A DNA stretch of 64,000 nt, from assembly GCA_002269645.1 (NCBI GenBank), contig NIVC01003317.1:40331-104330 (forward strand), in the 5' to 3' direction. The position numbers and the translations under genes were made by a program. This document shows positions 62,630 through 64,000 of the stretch, one piece after another. The stretch is from Macrostomum lignano. Lineage: Eukaryota. Numbering within the stretch: position 1 is the stretch's first letter; each line of letters starts with the position of its first letter. Below the pieces are notes generated by a model. The model saw nothing but the letters and a program-made list of their open reading frames with translations. It was not told the DNA's origin and made no database searches.

Positions 62630-63030
62630 GCTCCTGAAACCCATCATGTCGCTCCTGAAACCCACCTTGTCGCTCCTGAAACCCACCTTGTCGCTCCTGA
62701 AACCCAAATTGTCGCTCATAAAACCCATCTTGTCGAAGCCCATCTTGTAGCTCATAAACCATATTGCAGCTCATAAAACCCATCTTGTAGCTCATAAAAC
62801 CCATATTGCAGCTCATAAAACCCATCTTGTAGCTCATAAAACCCATCTTATCGCATATAAAACTCATCTTATCGCTTATAAAACCCATCTTATCGCTTCT
62901 AAAACCCATCTTACGCTTATAAAACCCATATTTTTTCGCTCATAAAACTCATCTTATCGCTCATAAAACCCATCTTATCGCTTATAAAACCCATATCTTG
63001 TTGCTCATAAAACTCATCTTTTCGCTCATG
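62630..63030. repeat. 21-bp minisatellite AAAACCCATCTT(G/A)TCGCTCAT
   Basis: About 18 degenerate copies. Confidence 0.88.
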
Positions 63031-64000
63031 GAATTCACCTTGTCGCAGAGAAAACTCCCTCAGTCGTTCGTAACTCTTTTTTTAACCTCTGAAACTCACT
63101 TCATCGCTTTTATGGCATTTGAAATCCAATTTATCACTCCTGAAATCTTTGTTTCTTCTGCGTGTGCAAGGGTTTCTCGAAAGGCGAGGCGGCCAAACTC
63201 GTTGCAGTGCTCACGCGGGACTATCCCAGTGTTTCAACAGTTGCCCCCTGCATGTTGCGCAACAACTTTTGTGGAGCGAAATTACTTATGAAGAGTTGGA
63301 GAGCAGGGAAGGTAACTATACTCTAGGGAATATTGTTACTGGCAACATGCAATAGCGTGCAGACACTGCAGCAGATCCCATGACTCCTGCACCCCGGAAG
63401 ATCCCAGCACAGTCTGAAGAGTAAGAGAAGAAATAAAAAAATTGCTTTCCCAACAGAACAGTTGCTTGAGCGCATTTGAAGTGACCCCACGGCGCTTGCA
63501 TGACTCATCCAAGTCCGTTGGCGAGGCCAGTTTGGTATATAGACTCCAATTCAATTCATTCATTGATTTTGATTCGCGCGTAAAATCTGCTATACACGTG
63601 GGCTGACGGCATGTCTATATGAATTATGCAAAATCGAGACAGTTAGACCTGACTGCATGGAACCGCAGACTTTTGAATCAGTCACAGAGTTTTGAGTTGA
63701 GGCGTTTCAATTTGAATTCGATTTCTGCAGTTCGAGAGCTCAAAAATTGGCTTCGGAATTTGGATTATTCGGACGATTGTTATAAATGTAAGTTGCATCT
63801 GCTTGAATTTTGCTTCAACTTTTGAAGAAGGAATTCTTTTATATCTTCATTTTTGCGATTATCCAGAGGTTTTTTAATTTGAACTTTAGATGGAATTGGA
63901 ATCAAAGTGCCTATTCAGTACATCGTGTAAATATTGCATTTGCATATAATTTATGAAGTATCATCACCTGTGCCATTTTTCCTACTTTCAGTAGCGTAGA

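Overview
This is animal (eukaryotic) genomic DNA with spliced genes and very dense intronic minisatellites. No prokaryotic operons, rRNA or CRISPR arrays are present. The style (poly-Q/poly-A/Gly-rich coding sequence, repeat-filled introns) suggests a Macrostomum-like flatworm, but this is inference only. I assembled three spliced genes by hand from GT-AG sites and reading phase. (1) RASEF/Rab45-like EF-hand + coiled-coil + Rab GTPase, minus strand, 9336..7429 + 4813..4388, about 777 aa. (2) TBATA/SPATIAL-like gene, plus strand, 4 exons from 13910 to 22544, about 419 aa. (3) CELF3-6 (bruno-3/unc-75 type) three-RRM splicing regulator, plus strand, 7 exons from 25720 to 57490, about 498 aa. Two small RRM1 exons of the CELF gene are missing from the ORF track, and there is a candidate alternative first exon that would give an RRM1-less isoform. 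Nested in TBATA intron 2, on the same strand, is an intronless secreted Tyr/Gly/Lys/Asp-repeat protein (19414..20439), the most novel-looking item in the window. Mobile DNA includes an RNase H-bearing LINE fragment, a mariner relic, a Harbinger-like MITE, a twin-hairpin foldback element and two tRNA-headed CORE-like SINEs. CELF intron 1 holds a recent tandem duplication of about 3 kb, and the window contains many tandem repeats.
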